DNA of 64,000 bases from Octopus vulgaris (taxonomy: Eukaryota), in NCBI GenBank assembly GCA_951406725.2, contig OX597827.1, positions 14,260,001-14,324,000 on the forward strand, in the 5' to 3' direction. Below are positions 40,180 through 55,140 of the stretch, one piece after another. A program made the translations under genes and the position numbers. Every line of letters starts with the position of its first letter. Position 1 is the first letter of the stretch. Below the pieces are notes generated by a model. It saw nothing but the letters and a program-made list of their open reading frames with translations. It was not told where the DNA came from and made no database searches.

Positions 40180-40382
40180 GTTAATCCAAACAAGAAAGCA
40201 CAAAAAACACAACAACGCGAGGACATGGAACAAATATAGTATTATTGGACGCTCAGGAAAGAAGGAAAGAAGGACGGTTTAACGTTTCGAGCAGAGCTCT
40301 TTGTCAGAAACATAGAAGGAAAGATCCAGAGAAGGGAAGACAGAGGAAAAAAAAATCGCCAACGGTACACACACGGTCACAT
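40180..40382 (-). mobile_element. Short element with hammerhead-like core (40277-40311)
   Basis: Minus strand gtttCTGACAAagagctctgctcGAAAcgttaaac, homologous to 38256-38460. Confidence 0.6.
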
Positions 40383-41561
40383 TTGGGTTTATATTAACCA
40401 GATTCACTCGAAAGGGATTAGTCAGCCTAGGGCTATAGTAGAAGACACTTGCCCAAGGTACCATGTAGTGGGACTGAACCCAAAACCATGTGAATGTGAA
40501 CCAATTTTTTTTAAAATTATTATTCTAACTAGATTAACAAACAGTAAACAGATTCATGGATTAAAAATTCAAATTGCGATTTAGGAACACTCCTTTAGTA
40601 TTTCTCAATGTATCATCCATTCCGATATTTGAAGAGAGGCAATACTTATGCCATTCACATCATAAGAATTTATAAACTTTCGAGAGAAGAATGTTGGATA
40701 AGTCTTGTTTGGAACTGGATCCAAAACCACATAGAAAGCTATAAGGTATTATTTATCTCCCACTAAAAGTGGATGTTGTATTAGATCACAGAATAACATA
40801 TTATTTGCCATGAAAGGAGCCCTAATATGGTCTTGTGGTGCCTATAAGCACTTGTGTTTTAGTGAGAGACAAATATTATCTTTTGGTGCTGTGGCAATCC
40901 TCACTGTTTGAGAAAAACATTAGGAATGATCTTGTTTGAGATTACAAACATCTTTGGCTAGTTTAACCTTGTTGTGTCCACTGATCTGATTGGTTAGCAT
41001 CTAAGCGTGGTCTGTCCCTCTACTTAATTCGCACCAGTGTGTAAACTGACCAATCACGGCTTTCAGATAGGCTCTTTCAATTGAGCCATCTTCACTCCAT
41101 AAATAGGCTGGTAATGGTTTGGCGTCCTTTATTCATTTCCTTTGGCACTGTATAATATATTTATGTATTATGGCTTATATTATTATGTTATGTTAGGATG
41201 CGGCCGTGCGGCGTACAGTGCTAATACCGCTCCATGGAGGAAGGATGTCACCAGAAGAGAGGGCCAGTGAGGGACCAAAAGGGGTAAGAAATGATGTCAT
41301 TTCAAGAAGTAACAGGTTCAGATACTTCCTTTCTTGTGGAGTCTTCAACAAAGTTAAGGCATGCACTGGGACCAAGCATACAGTAATAGTCCTTACTGGC
41401 TTAGCAGTAGCTTGCAGTGGATAACTTACACATTGTTTACATCTGTGAGGTCTTGCTGGTTTTCCTGTGATCCAACGCTTTGAGGGATTGCTGCTGGAAC
41501 TCAAGGTAAGAGCAATCTTTATTTCATGCCTTACAACAACATGCTTCTGTCACTTTAATTA

Positions 41562-41925
41562 TCTCTCTATATATAAACGGCAAAATGTCTGTGTGTGTGT
41601 TCTTTATACAAATCCACAATTTTTCAGTTAGAGGGCTCACACTTCCTATGGTTATTCAAAATCGTCCAAGGGTGGTCGTGCACATCTTTACATTTCCCCA
41701 GTCACTCCGCAAAGCCATTAAAAAATCAATAGAATTGACTTTTTTGTGAATTTTCTATCCAAAACCCAATCAAAATGCCTGAAACTTGATACACCAATTG
41801 AATGCCAGCTAGCTGTATGTGATTGGTCGGAGATTTGGACAGTACTCATGAGTATGTGCACACGCACGCAGCTGTATATGCATGCACTAGCACTATGACC
41901 CGGCAACGCCGGGTCATAATGCTAG
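41562..41925 (+). mobile_element. Non-autonomous Helitron
   Basis: a|TCTCTCTATATATAAAC...atgacccggcaacgccgggtcataatgCTAG|t. Confidence 0.85.
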
Positions 41926-42302
41926 TTTGTATATAAAGCTATAAATAATAGAGTCAAAATATTGGGTTGAAAATCCCTTGTGGACAGGAAAAGTTGAAGG
42001 CTTCTCATGGGACTCAAACCCACATATTTTGACTTTTTTTTTGATGATGGCTGGTCTCATTTAAGGAAAATGTTTGCTGTTTTTTTTTTTTTGTAACCTC
42101 AGGGTCCTGGTTTCTATTCATGATCAATCCACCATAGCCTTGGACAGAGACATATTAGCAGAATTAAAGCTCCCTGGGAAAATTAATGCACTGGGCCCTG
42201 TAGTATTCATTTATTGACTGTAAGGCACAGAATACATGGATCAGAATTGGATCCCTAGACCTGTGAAGCCCTTGGGCAGCTGCCCAGTGTGTCCATGCCT
42301 TA

Positions 42303-43383
42303 AGTCATCGTTTAACGTCCGTTTTCCGTGCTAGCAGGGGTTGGACGGTTCGACCAGGGTCTGGGAAGCCAGAAGGCTGCACCAGGCTCCAGGCTGATCT
42401 GGCAGTGTTTCTACAGCTGGATGCCCTTCCTAACGCCAACCACTCCGTGAGCATAGTGGGTGCTTTTTACGCGCCACCGGCACAGATGCCAGTCGAGGCT
42501 GGCAATGGCCACGATCGGTTGGTGCTTCTTACGTGCCACCGGCAAGCCAGTCAAGGCGGCACTGGCATCAGCCATGTTCGGATGGGACTTTTACATGTCA
42601 CTGGCACAGGTATCACAACTACAATTTCCATTTATTTTTGATGTTGATGAACTTGACTCAATAAGTCTCCTCAAGCGAAATCTCTACTTTCTGCTTAAGC
42701 CTTTTTACTGCAGAAATCAGATATTTCCTCTAAAAATTTTATTACCCTTAACTGTGGAAAGCAGATTTTTATACCAATCTATCTTTCATTGAAGAATGTT
42801 ATGTTTAAAAGTAATTTTTGTTGAGATATGTTAACTGAGGCAATGTGACCTGCAGAAAATACCAATTTTATTTTTTAGGTAAATATTTATAATCATTACT
42901 GGAATAACCATGAAATTTAATTTTGACCCAAGGTTATTCCAGTAATGATTATAAATATTTAGAGGAAATATCTGATTTCTGCAGTAAAAAGGCTTAAGCA
43001 GAAAGTAGAGATTTCGCTTGAGGAGACTTATTGAGTCAAGTTCATCAACATCAAAAATAAATGGAAATTGTAGTTGTGATACCTGTGCCAGTGACATGTA
43101 AAAGTCCCATCCGAACATGGCTGATGCCAGTGCCGCCTTGACTGGCTTGCCGGTGGCACGTAAGAAGCACCAACCAATCGTGGCCATTGCCAGCCTCGAC
43201 TGGCATCTGTGCCGGTGGCGCAGCACCCACTATGCTCACGGAGTGGTTGGCGTTAGGAAGGGCATCCAGCTGTAGAAACACTGCCAGATCAGCCTGGAGC
43301 CTGGTGCAGCCTTCTGGCTTCCCAGACCCTGGTCGAACCGTCCAACCCATGCTAGCATGGAAAACGGACGTTAAACGATGACT
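42303..43383. repeat. Near-perfect inverted duplication (42303-42734 / 42958-43383) of a family-D element plus flank
   Basis: Arms are nearly identical, including the non-element flank aaatctctactttctgcttaagcc...cctctaaa. Nested 29-bp hairpin at 42881-42960. Confidence 0.9.
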
Positions 43384-43881
43384 ATGATGATGATGATGAC
43401 AGCCAGTTATAACAGGTTAATAATTTCGAGAAAGTAATATTCTACATAAACTTTCTTCATAATTGTTTATTTATTTATTTTATATATGTTTTACAACTTT
43501 TCTTCCTATGTTAATAAAGGGAGAAAGCTTTTGAAAAGTGAGATAAATTTGCATATATTATTCACCCATTTATTTTTCACAACGAAATTCCCTTACCGCT
43601 TACAACTCAAGTCATAAAGAGAACTTGCTGACCAGACAAAGACAAGCAGAGTTATGTGCCTTTGTGGAAAGCTAAAACAATGGCTATTGTATTAAAGAGA
43701 TTGAGTATTTAATAGTTCCAGCAACATAATCTTACAACCCTGAAGTACAAAAATTTTAGGCAATTAATGTCACAACTATGGGTGATAATTATCAGGGTTA
43801 GAATACTCTTATTACATATCCGTATTAGAATATGGCAATCTTTTCAAATAGCATATTAAATTTTATGAGTTCCTCTCTGTA

Positions 43882-44144
43882 ATAGAATGGTTGTATACTG
43901 TCCTGTCAATTTAACGTGACAGTAGGGGATTACACCACTGCTGTTTAGCCCTAGGAAGAATCGACGCTTCCTGCCGGCTTCGACACATTCTTTTTTTTCC
44001 CCCAAAAAAAAAGAGAAAAAAAATAGAAAAAAGAAAAAAGAATGTGTCGAAGCCGGCAGGAAGCGTCGATGCTTCCTAGGGCTAAACAGCGGTGGTGTGA
44101 TTCCCTTACTGTCACGTTAAATTGACAGTATACAACCATTCTAT
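43882..44144. mobile_element. Palindromic MITE-like element (~115-bp arms, A-rich spacer)
   Basis: atagaatggttgtatactgtc...gccggcttcgacacattc / gaatgtgtcgaagccggc...gacagtatacaaccattctat. Confidence 0.75.
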
Positions 44145-44194
44145 CGCCCCCACCACCGTACATATCTCTATGAGATATTTAGAAATTTAATATC

Positions 44195-44560
44195 TACTCT
44201 TTTACTTGTTTCAGTCATCTGACTATGGCCATGCTGGAGCACCGCCTTTAGTCGATCAAATCGACCCCAGGACTTATTCTTTGTAAGACTAGTACTTATT
44301 TTACGGGTCTCTTTTTTGCCGAACCGCTAAGTTACGGGGACGTAAACACACCAGCATTGGTTGTCAAGCGATGTTGGGGGAACAAACACAGACACACAAA
44401 CACGCACATACATGTATATATATATAAACATATATACGACGGGCTTTGGTCGGCCCGAGGCTATAGTAGAAGACACTTGCCCAAGGTGCCACGCAGTGGG
44501 ACTGAACCCAGAACCATGTGGTTCGTAAGCAAGCTACTTACCATACAGCCATTCCTACGC
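44195..44560 (-). mobile_element. SINE family A
   Basis: Homology to other family A copies. Confidence 0.8.
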
Positions 44561-44643
44561 CTATCTCTGTAATAAATATAACTAGAATAGGCAACTAACA
44601 CCATCCTCTGAGGTAACATCTCCAATATCCCACAAATGGGTTT

Positions 44644-44758
44644 TGTGTGTGTGTGTGTGTGTGTGCATTATGTACACGTGTGCATGTGTGTGTATATATG
44701 TGCATGTGTGTGTGTGCATGTGTACATGTGTATATGCATATGTGCATGTGTTTGCATC

Positions 44759-44789
<31 letters not shown>

Positions 44790-45163
44790 GTGTTTGTGTG
44801 TGTGGGCATGTGTGTGTGAGCACGTGTGTGCGTGCATGTGTGTGTGTGCATGTGTGTGTGCATGTGTGTGTGCACGTATGTGTATATGTGTGCATGTGTG
44901 TGTATGTATGTGCATGTGTGTGTATGTATGTGCATGTGTAGGTACATGTGCGCATGTGTGTGTATGCATGTGCGTGTGCATGTCTGTGTGTGCGCATGTG
45001 TGTATATGTGTGCATGTGTGTGTATGTATGTGCACGTGTACATGTGTGTGTGTGTGCATATGTGTATGCATGTGTGGGTACATGTGTGCATGTGTGTGTA
45101 CATGTGTGTGTGTATGCGTGTGTGTGTGTGTGCATGTGTGTGTGTGTGTGTGTGTGTGTGCGT
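44644..45163. repeat. Degenerate (TG)n/(TGCA) microsatellite
   Basis: Direct reading. Similar arrays at 2575-2866, 5311-5800, 19127-19273 and 56408-56815. Confidence 0.9.
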
Positions 45164-45389
45164 GCCACCTTATCTTGAGATTGCATGATTGTTATATATG
45201 AATATCATGGTCCCACAAGCTGTATAATTTGTTTCTTGTCCTCCCTGAAAACTTGTTGGATCAGGGGAAAATATTACCTCACTTTGAAACCATTGAGAGC
45301 ACCTGGTCAGAGAAAATCTCTCTCACAAAATTCCATCTGTCCCATGTAAGCAATGATGATGATGATGTTGATGATAATTATGATGATGA

Positions 45390-46310
45390 TCCTTGTTAAA
45401 TTTCTTTCTTTCTCTCCATAATTCTTTCAAAGTGGTTCACAAGTAGCTAAGCTGTATCAGTACCTGTAGAAACACCTTCATCTCTATCTCCACCAACAAG
45501 GTGGCTTTCGTCCACCACCATCGGCCTCTTGAATTGTTCTCATACATTTTGGCCCCTTGACTAAAGAATTTCCTGACCCTCAGTTAGTGCACTCTAGATC
45601 AAACCTCAACAAATTTTCTCACCAAATTTTCCAACCATTTCTCTCTCTACAGGGAATTTATCTCATTGCGATGTGTCTTTTGTTATCTTCATGTATCTAA
45701 CACAAGTCTCATACTTTGAAAGGGCCACTTTCCTGATCCCACATACCGTTAACCAACTGCTCTCACTTTGATTTCATCAAATGTAACAGAATCAGATGTA
45801 AACAATCATCTTCTCCAATATCTCGAGCGCCTCCCATTTCTCAAAGACTACCGGTACAGCTTCCATTGAGCCACATTTACCAGGGACTTACTCTCCTATG
45901 TCATTCAGCAGTCGGTGGAGGCACATGGCCTAGTGGTTAGAGCAGCGGACTCGCGGTCGATGGATCGCGGGTTCGAATCACAGACCAGGCGATGTGTGTG
46001 TTTACGAGCGAAACACCTAAGCTCCACGCGGCTCCGGCAGAAGGGAATGGCGAAACTTCTGCTGACTCTTTCGCCACAACTTTCTCTCACTCTTTCCTCC
46101 TGTATCTTGCAGCTCACCTGCGACGGACCGGCGTCCCGTCCAGGTGGGCAACCTATATGCCAAGGAAACCGGGAAACCGGCCCTTATGAGCCAGAGATGG
46201 CTCGAGAAGGAACAAACATTCAGCAGTACCGTTTCACTTCTTTTGGGAAGCCCAGCGAAAGCATTGTTGTTGAACTCACCATCAGCAAAACATTTGATTG
46301 TGTCTAGAAT
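45390..46310 (+). pseudogene. Degraded CR1/Jockey-group reverse transcriptase fragment, interrupted by a SINE
   Basis: ESIVVELTISKTFDCV resembles the RT motif LDxSKAFDxV and continues across the SINE TSD. Confidence 0.5.
45913..46216 (+). mobile_element. Young tRNA-derived SINE (head C2, tail 1)
   Basis: 11-bp TSD cattcagcagt (45902-45912, 46217-46227). A/B boxes tggcctagtgg / ggttcgaatc. Confidence 0.9.
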
Positions 46311-46315
46311 GTGAA

Positions 46316-46326
46316 CTACCACCACC

Positions 46327-46374
<48 letters not shown>

Positions 46375-46375
46375 G

Positions 46376-46471
<96 letters not shown>

Positions 46472-46499
46472 CCACCACCACCACCACCACCACCACTAC

Positions 46500-46531
<32 letters not shown>

Positions 46532-46543
46532 CCGTCATCGTCG
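46316..46543. repeat. (CAC)n-(CAT)n compound microsatellite
   Basis: Direct reading. Confidence 0.9.
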
Positions 46544-46577
46544 TTGACAGGAGCTCGCTTATTATCTTCACTCAGCT

Positions 46578-47200
46578 TCAAATTCCACCAAGCTTGACTT
46601 TACCTTTCATCCTTTCAGGGTCGAAAAATTAAGTACCAGTTGTGTACTGGGGTCGATCTAATCAACTGGCCCCCTCCCCCCAAATTTCAGGCCTTGAGAC
46701 ATGTTTGCAGGGAAGACAGGAAATGCTTAGCGGTATTTTGTCTGCAGCTACATTCTGAGTTCAAATTCCGCCAAGGTCGACTTTGCCTTTCATCCTTTCG
46801 GGGTCGATAAATTAAGTACCAGTTATGCATTGGGGTTGATATAATCGACGTAATCCATTTGTCTGTCCTTGTTTGTCCCCTTTGTGTTTAGCCCCTTGTG
46901 GGTAGTAAAGAAATAGGTATTTTGTCTGTCTGTATGTTCTGAGTTCAAATTCCACCAAGCTTGACTTCACCTTTCATCCTTTCAGGGTCGATAAATTAAG
47001 TACCAGTTTTGCATTGGGGTTGATATATATAATCGACTTAATCCATTATATACTGTCCTTCAGTTTCTGTCAACCAAATCCCTCACAAGGCTTTGTTTAG
47101 CCCCTTGTGGGTAGTAAAGAAATGCCCAAGGTATTTTGTCTGAACCTGGAACCATGTGGTTGAGTTCAAATTCCACACAGCCACTGACTGCACCTATTCT
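46578..47200 (+). mobile_element. SINE family B cluster / multimer
   Basis: Repeated gagttcaaattcc...tttcatcctttc...aagtaccag units. Confidence 0.75.
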
Positions 47201-47499
47201 TTCACTGGTTTTAAGTAACAGTTCCGTACTATCAGATCCTTCATTCCCTCCCCCAAAATTTCAGGCCTTGTGCCTAGAGAAGAAAGGAATATTTCTTTCC
47301 CTATACCTGGACATGTTTGCAGGGAAGACAGGAAAATAATAAAAAATATGCTTGTATGACAGTGACATCTGTATGTAACTATCGCATAAAGGAAATGAGG
47401 CAAACACTCATGCACACACACACACACACACACACTCATACATATGCGTATCTGTGTGTACGCATGACAGGCTTCTTTCAGTTTCCCTCTATGTTTTAT

Positions 47500-47900
47500 T
47501 CTTTTAATCTTTTATTCGTTTCAGTCATTTTGACTGCAGCCATGCTGGAGCACTGCCTTTAGTCGAGCAAATCAACCCCCAGGACTTATTCTTTGTAGGC
47601 CTAGTACTTATTCTATCGGTCTCTTTTGCCGAACCGCTAAGTAACGGGGACATAAACACACCAGCATCGGTTGTCAAGCAATGCTAGGGGGACAAACACA
47701 GACACACAAACACACACACGCATACATATATATATACATATATACGACAGGCTTCTTTCAGTTTCTATCTACCAAATTCACTCACAAGGATTTGGTCGGC
47801 CCGAGGCTATAGCAGAAGACACTTGCCCAAGATGCCACGCAGTGGGACTGAACCTGGAACCATGTGGTTGACAGACAAGCTACTTACCACACAGCCACTC
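47500..47900 (-). mobile_element. SINE family A
   Basis: Homology to other family A copies. Confidence 0.85.
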
Positions 47901-47980
47901 CTTCTTTGTGCTGTGCATGTACTTCTAGCTTCATGGCTGTCTTTCTTGATTTATGTGTCTGTTCTCTGTCCCTGCTTTAA

Positions 47981-48611
47981 CCCTTTTGTTACCAACCCGG
48001 CTGAAACTGGCGCTGGTTCTGAGTACAAAAGTCTTGTTTTCATAAGTTTTGAATTAAAATCTTCCACTAGACCTTTTAGTCACAATTTATGTTCCTAACA
48101 CTAGCTTAATGATAATTAAATTATTTTACTAAATTCTTTGTTATATCTAAAATAATTGAGAGAAACACTGAGAATCTCAAAATAAATACAGGCGCAGGAG
48201 TGGCTGTGTGGTAAGTAGCTTGCTAACCAACTACATGGTTCCAGGTTCAGTCCCACTGCGTGGTATCTTGGGCAAGTGTCTTCTGCTATAGCCCCGGGCC
48301 GACCAATGCCTTGTGAGTGGATTTGGTAGACGGAAACTGAAAGAAGCCTGTCGTATATATGTATATATATATATATATATGTATATGTGTGTGTTTGTGT
48401 GTCTGTGTTTGTCCCCTAGCATTGCTTGACAACCGATGCTTGTGTGTTTATGTCTCCGTTACCTAGTGGTTCGGCAAAAGAGACCGATAGAATAAGTACT
48501 GGGCTTACAAAGAATAAGTCCCGGGGTCGATTTGCTCAACTAAAGGCGGTGCTCCAGCATGGCCGCAGTCAAATGACTGAAACAAGTAAAAGAGTAAGAG
48601 TAACGAAAGGG
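47981..48611. mobile_element. piggyBac-type MITE carrying a nested family-A SINE (48191-48599)
   Basis: TTAA|cccttttgttac ... gtaacgaaaggg|TTAA. Confidence 0.8.
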
Positions 48612-48691
48612 TTAAACTATTTTTTCCAATGAGCTGTTGTGATCATGAGCACTGTATATAATAAGGTCATTATTTTTATTATTATTATTAT

Positions 48692-49160
48692 TCCGTGCCA
48701 GTGGCACATAAAAGGAACCATTCGAGTGTGATTGTTACCAGCGTCACCTTACTGGCACTTGTGCCCCATGCTAGTAAGGTGCTAAGAGCACCATCTGAGC
48801 ATGATCGTTGCCAGAGCGGCTAACTGGCTTCCGTGCCGGTGGCATGTAGGAGGCACCATTCGAGCGGGATCGATACCAACATCGCCTTACTGGCACCTGT
48901 GCCATTGGCATGTGTAAAAACAAAAAAAAAGATTCAAGCGAGGTCATTGCCAGTACCACTCGACTGGCCCCCGTGCTGGTGGCACGTAAAAGCACCCACT
49001 ACACTCTCGGAGTGGTTAGCATTAGAAAGGGCATCCAGCTGTAGAAACTCTGCCAGATCAAGACTGGAGCCTGGTGCAGCCTTCTGGTTCGCCAGTCCTC
49101 AGTCAAACCGTCCAACCCATGCTAGCATGGAAAGCGGACGTTAAATGATGATGATGATGA
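48692..49160 (+). mobile_element. Family D: non-coding RTE-related element with internal ~50-bp subrepeats and (GAT)n tail
   Basis: gtggcacgtaaaagcacc repeats, aagggcatccagctgtagaaac motif, ccatgctagcatggaaagcggacgttaaa(tga)n end. Other copies near 23065, 27610, 36700, 42303, 43015, 60740 and 62380. Confidence 0.7.
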
Positions 49161-49199
49161 TTATTATTATTATTATTATTATTATTGCTATTGTTGCTG

Positions 49200-49654
49200 T
49201 TGTTGTTTTTTTTTCCTTCTTTCTTCAAATTTTCTTCCGTTTCTCGCCGAGTGTTTTCCATACACCTAGGGCAGAGAAGCTCATTGTATGCATCCCCAGA
49301 TTACACACGTAAATTCACAGGTAAAATAGGCATTTAAAAAAATAAATAAACAAATAAATAAATTCATGAATGGATGTTGTTTTCACAGCGATAATGCTCT
49401 TCTCAATACATGAGACATTCCAGTTAACACGATTTTTTTGCACTTCCTGTAGGTATCATTTTCATTTAGGTTTCAGTACCTTTTTTTATCATTCCTAGAG
49501 ATCCGACTGTAGTCACCTTGAGATGCCTCATTTTTTCAATTTCTATTAGCAAGTCTTTATATTTACAGAACTTGTCTCAAATTCTTTCGCCGCTATATTG
49601 TGATCACAAAGAATTACTCATGTCAATTAATAAACACACCTTTTTTGTCTGATC

Positions 49655-49655
<1 letters not shown>
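49200..49655 (-). pseudogene. R4/Dong-like 3' remnant between (TTA)n arrays
   Basis: CLLIDMS...KYKDLLIEIEKM motifs. Confidence 0.65.
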
Positions 49656-49698
<43 letters not shown>

Positions 49699-50278
49699 GG
49701 GTAGCGAGCTGGCAGAATCGTTAGCACAGTAGGCAAAAATGCTTAGCATATTATGTTTGCAGCTAGATTCTGAGTTCAAATTCTGCCGAGATCAGTTTTG
49801 CCTTTCATCTTTCCAGGGTCCATAAAGTTAGTACCATTTATGCACTGGGGTCGATGTAATTGACTTAATCCCTTCCTTCCTCTAAATTTGAAGTAGTAGT
49901 AGTAGCAGTAGTAGTAGTCATCGTCGTCGTCGTCGTCGTGGGTTGTGGTGGCAGTAGCAGTTGTAGCAAGCCAGCAAGCTAGCAGAGTCTTTAGCACACC
50001 AGGCAAAATGCTTAGCAACATTTCGTCCATCTTGACATTCCTGTCATATGTATATATATATATATTCTTTCATTTATTCATATACAACACACAAATTTCT
50101 ACACATGAACCCAGAGTTTCTACCCTTGACAGGTCGTTTCAACCATGTTTCTGATGTGAATTTGCTACCCAGGTTTCGGTTAAACGAATTTTCCATGCTG
50201 ACGATAAACAGAGGATAATTCATTCACCTACTTAAATAAAGAATATAAATATATAATAAAATACTAAATATATATACT

Positions 50279-50351
<73 letters not shown>

Positions 50352-50452
50352 TTGTGTGTCTGTGTTTGTCCCCCCCAACATTGCTTGACAACCGATGCTG
50401 GTGTGTTTATGTCCCTGTAACTTAGCGGTTCGGCAAAAAGAGACCAATAGAA

Positions 50453-50770
50453 GTAGAGTTTTTTCCCTTGGAAGGAAGTTGGAGAAACGGAATCTCCATA
50501 TAGATAATAAATATAGTAGGAGTGGTGGATGAATTGATAAATAAATAGATTAATTGAGAGATTTATTGACAGATAAATTAATAGCTGAACAGACCAAGAG
50601 ACACGTGAATTAGACAGACAGGTAAATGGATTAACCAAAGGGAAATGAATATAGCAGAATGAAGAAAGAGACGGTTAAGAAAATGAGAGAGAGACACGAA
50701 GGTGGACGACCTACACCAGTTAATCTCTTCCCCAAAATATTCTCTGGTCTTGTGTCTGACATCACAAGTA
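50453..50770. repeat. Unclassified ~310-bp repeat, second copy at 53203-53525
   Basis: gtagagttttttcccttggaaggaagttggagaaacgg...ggtggacgacctacaccagttaatctctt is present in both. The first copy interrupts a family-A SINE. Confidence 0.8.
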
Positions 50771-51104
50771 AATATCAATTCTCTTCTTCATGGTAATCCC
50801 TTGATCTGGGTGAAATAGAAACTAAATGTAAGTACTAGGCTTACAGAGAATAAGTCGCAGGTTCGATTTGCTCGACTAAAGGTGGTGCTCCAGCATGGCC
50901 GCAGTGAAATGACTGAAACAAGTAAAAGAGTAAAAGAGTATCTCACATCCGACAAAACCCCGGATTCCTCCATGCATTGTTATTTGGATGATGTGAAAAA
51001 CAGTAGAAGAATTCAATAAAGAACCACAAATTGACATCACTATGTAGATTTGAATATGATAAATAGTGAAACTGGAAAAAATCCCATTTATGAATTTTAA
51101 ATGT

Positions 51105-53063
<1,959 letters not shown>

Positions 53064-53529
53064 TATATAACTCCAAAATTGCATTCTTGTGGTGCCAAAT
53101 GTTAGGAATCAATATCGAGGTTGAAATTATGTTCTCTTACGACTTACGTGTATGAGAATCTTCAAATAACTAATGACAATATACAGGCAACAACATTAGT
53201 TGAAGTAGAGTTTTTTCCCTTGGAAGGAAGTTGGAGAAACGGAATATCTATATCGATAATAAATATAGTCGGAATCGTGGATGAATTGATGAATAAATAG
53301 ATTAATTGAGAGATTTATTGACAGATAAATTAATAGCTGAACAGACCAAGGGACACGTGAATTAGACAGACAGAAAAATGGTTTAACCAAAGTGAAATGA
53401 AAATAGCTTAATGAAGAAAGAGACAGCTAAATAGACAAAGAAAATGATAGTGAGACACGAAGGTGGACGACCTACACCAGTTAATCTCTTACCCAAAATA
53501 TTCTCTGCTCTTGTGTTCAGACACAAGAG

Positions 53530-55140
53530 CAGAGAACACACACACATACAGACTCATACACATACATGCACATACGCACACACACAAACGCACACACTTA
53601 AACACACACACACTCATATACATACATGCACACACACACATCCACACAGAAACGAACAAATATGATCACACACACACATACACATTCATACACATACATG
53701 CACGCACACACACACACAAACGCACAAACTTAAACACATACACACTCATATACATACACGCACACACACACACAGAAACGAACAAACATGAACATACACA
53801 CACATACACACTCATACACATACATGCATGCACACACACACACAAATGCACAAACTTAAACACATACACACTCATACACTCACACACACACATACACACA
53901 CACACACACACATCCACACAGAAACGAACAAACATGAACACACGCACATACACACTCATACACATACATGCACGTATGCACACACACAAACGCGCAAACT
54001 TAAACACATACACACTCATATACATACACGCACACACACACACAGAAACGAACAAACATGAACATACACACACATACACACTCATACACATACATGCATG
54101 CACACACACACACAAATGCACAAACTTAAACACATACACACTCATACACTCACACACACACATACACACACACACACACACACATCCACACAGAAACGAA
54201 CAAACATGAACACACGCACATACACACTCATACACATACATGCACGCATGCACACACACAAACGCGCAAACTTAAACACATACACACTCATATACATACA
54301 CGCACACACACACAGAAACGAACAAACATGAACACACACACATACACATACATGCACGCACACACGCAAACACACTCATATACATACACGCACGCACACA
54401 CACACACAGAAACGAACAAACATGAACACACACACACACTCATACACATACATGCACGCACGCACACACACAAACTTAAACACATACACACTCATATACA
54501 TACACACACATACACACACACACAGAAACGAACAAACATGAACACACACACATACACACTCATACACATACATGCACGCACGCACGCAAACACACTCATA
54601 TACATACACGCACACACACACACACACACAGAAACGAACAAACGTGAACACACACACATACACACTCATACACATACATGCACGCACGCACGCAAACACA
54701 CTCATATACATACACGCACACACACACACACACAGAAACGAACAAACATGAACACACACTCATACACATACATGCACGCACGCACACACACAAACTTAAA
54801 CACATACACACTCATAAACATACACACACACACACACAGAAACGAACAAACATGAACACACACATGCACACACACACACACACCCTCACAGAAACACATG
54901 AACACACACACACATACACACTCATACGCATACATGCACACACACAAACGCACAAACTTAAACACATACACACTCATATACATACTCGCACACACACACA
55001 CACACACGGAAACGAACAAACATGAACACACACACACACATACACACTCATACACATACATGCACACACACAAACTTAAACGCATACACACTCATATACA
55101 TACACGCACACACACGAACACACACACACACACACATAAA
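53530..55140. repeat. CA-rich minisatellite with ~110-150-bp units and a higher-order ~270-bp duplication
   Basis: Recurrent anchors cagaaacgaacaaacatgaac and caaacttaaacacatacacactc. Confidence 0.85.

Noticed and set aside
45913-45990. tRNA gene
   Set aside because: tRNA-like A/B boxes belong to SINE heads with bodies, tails and TSDs. No complete cloverleaf was seen.
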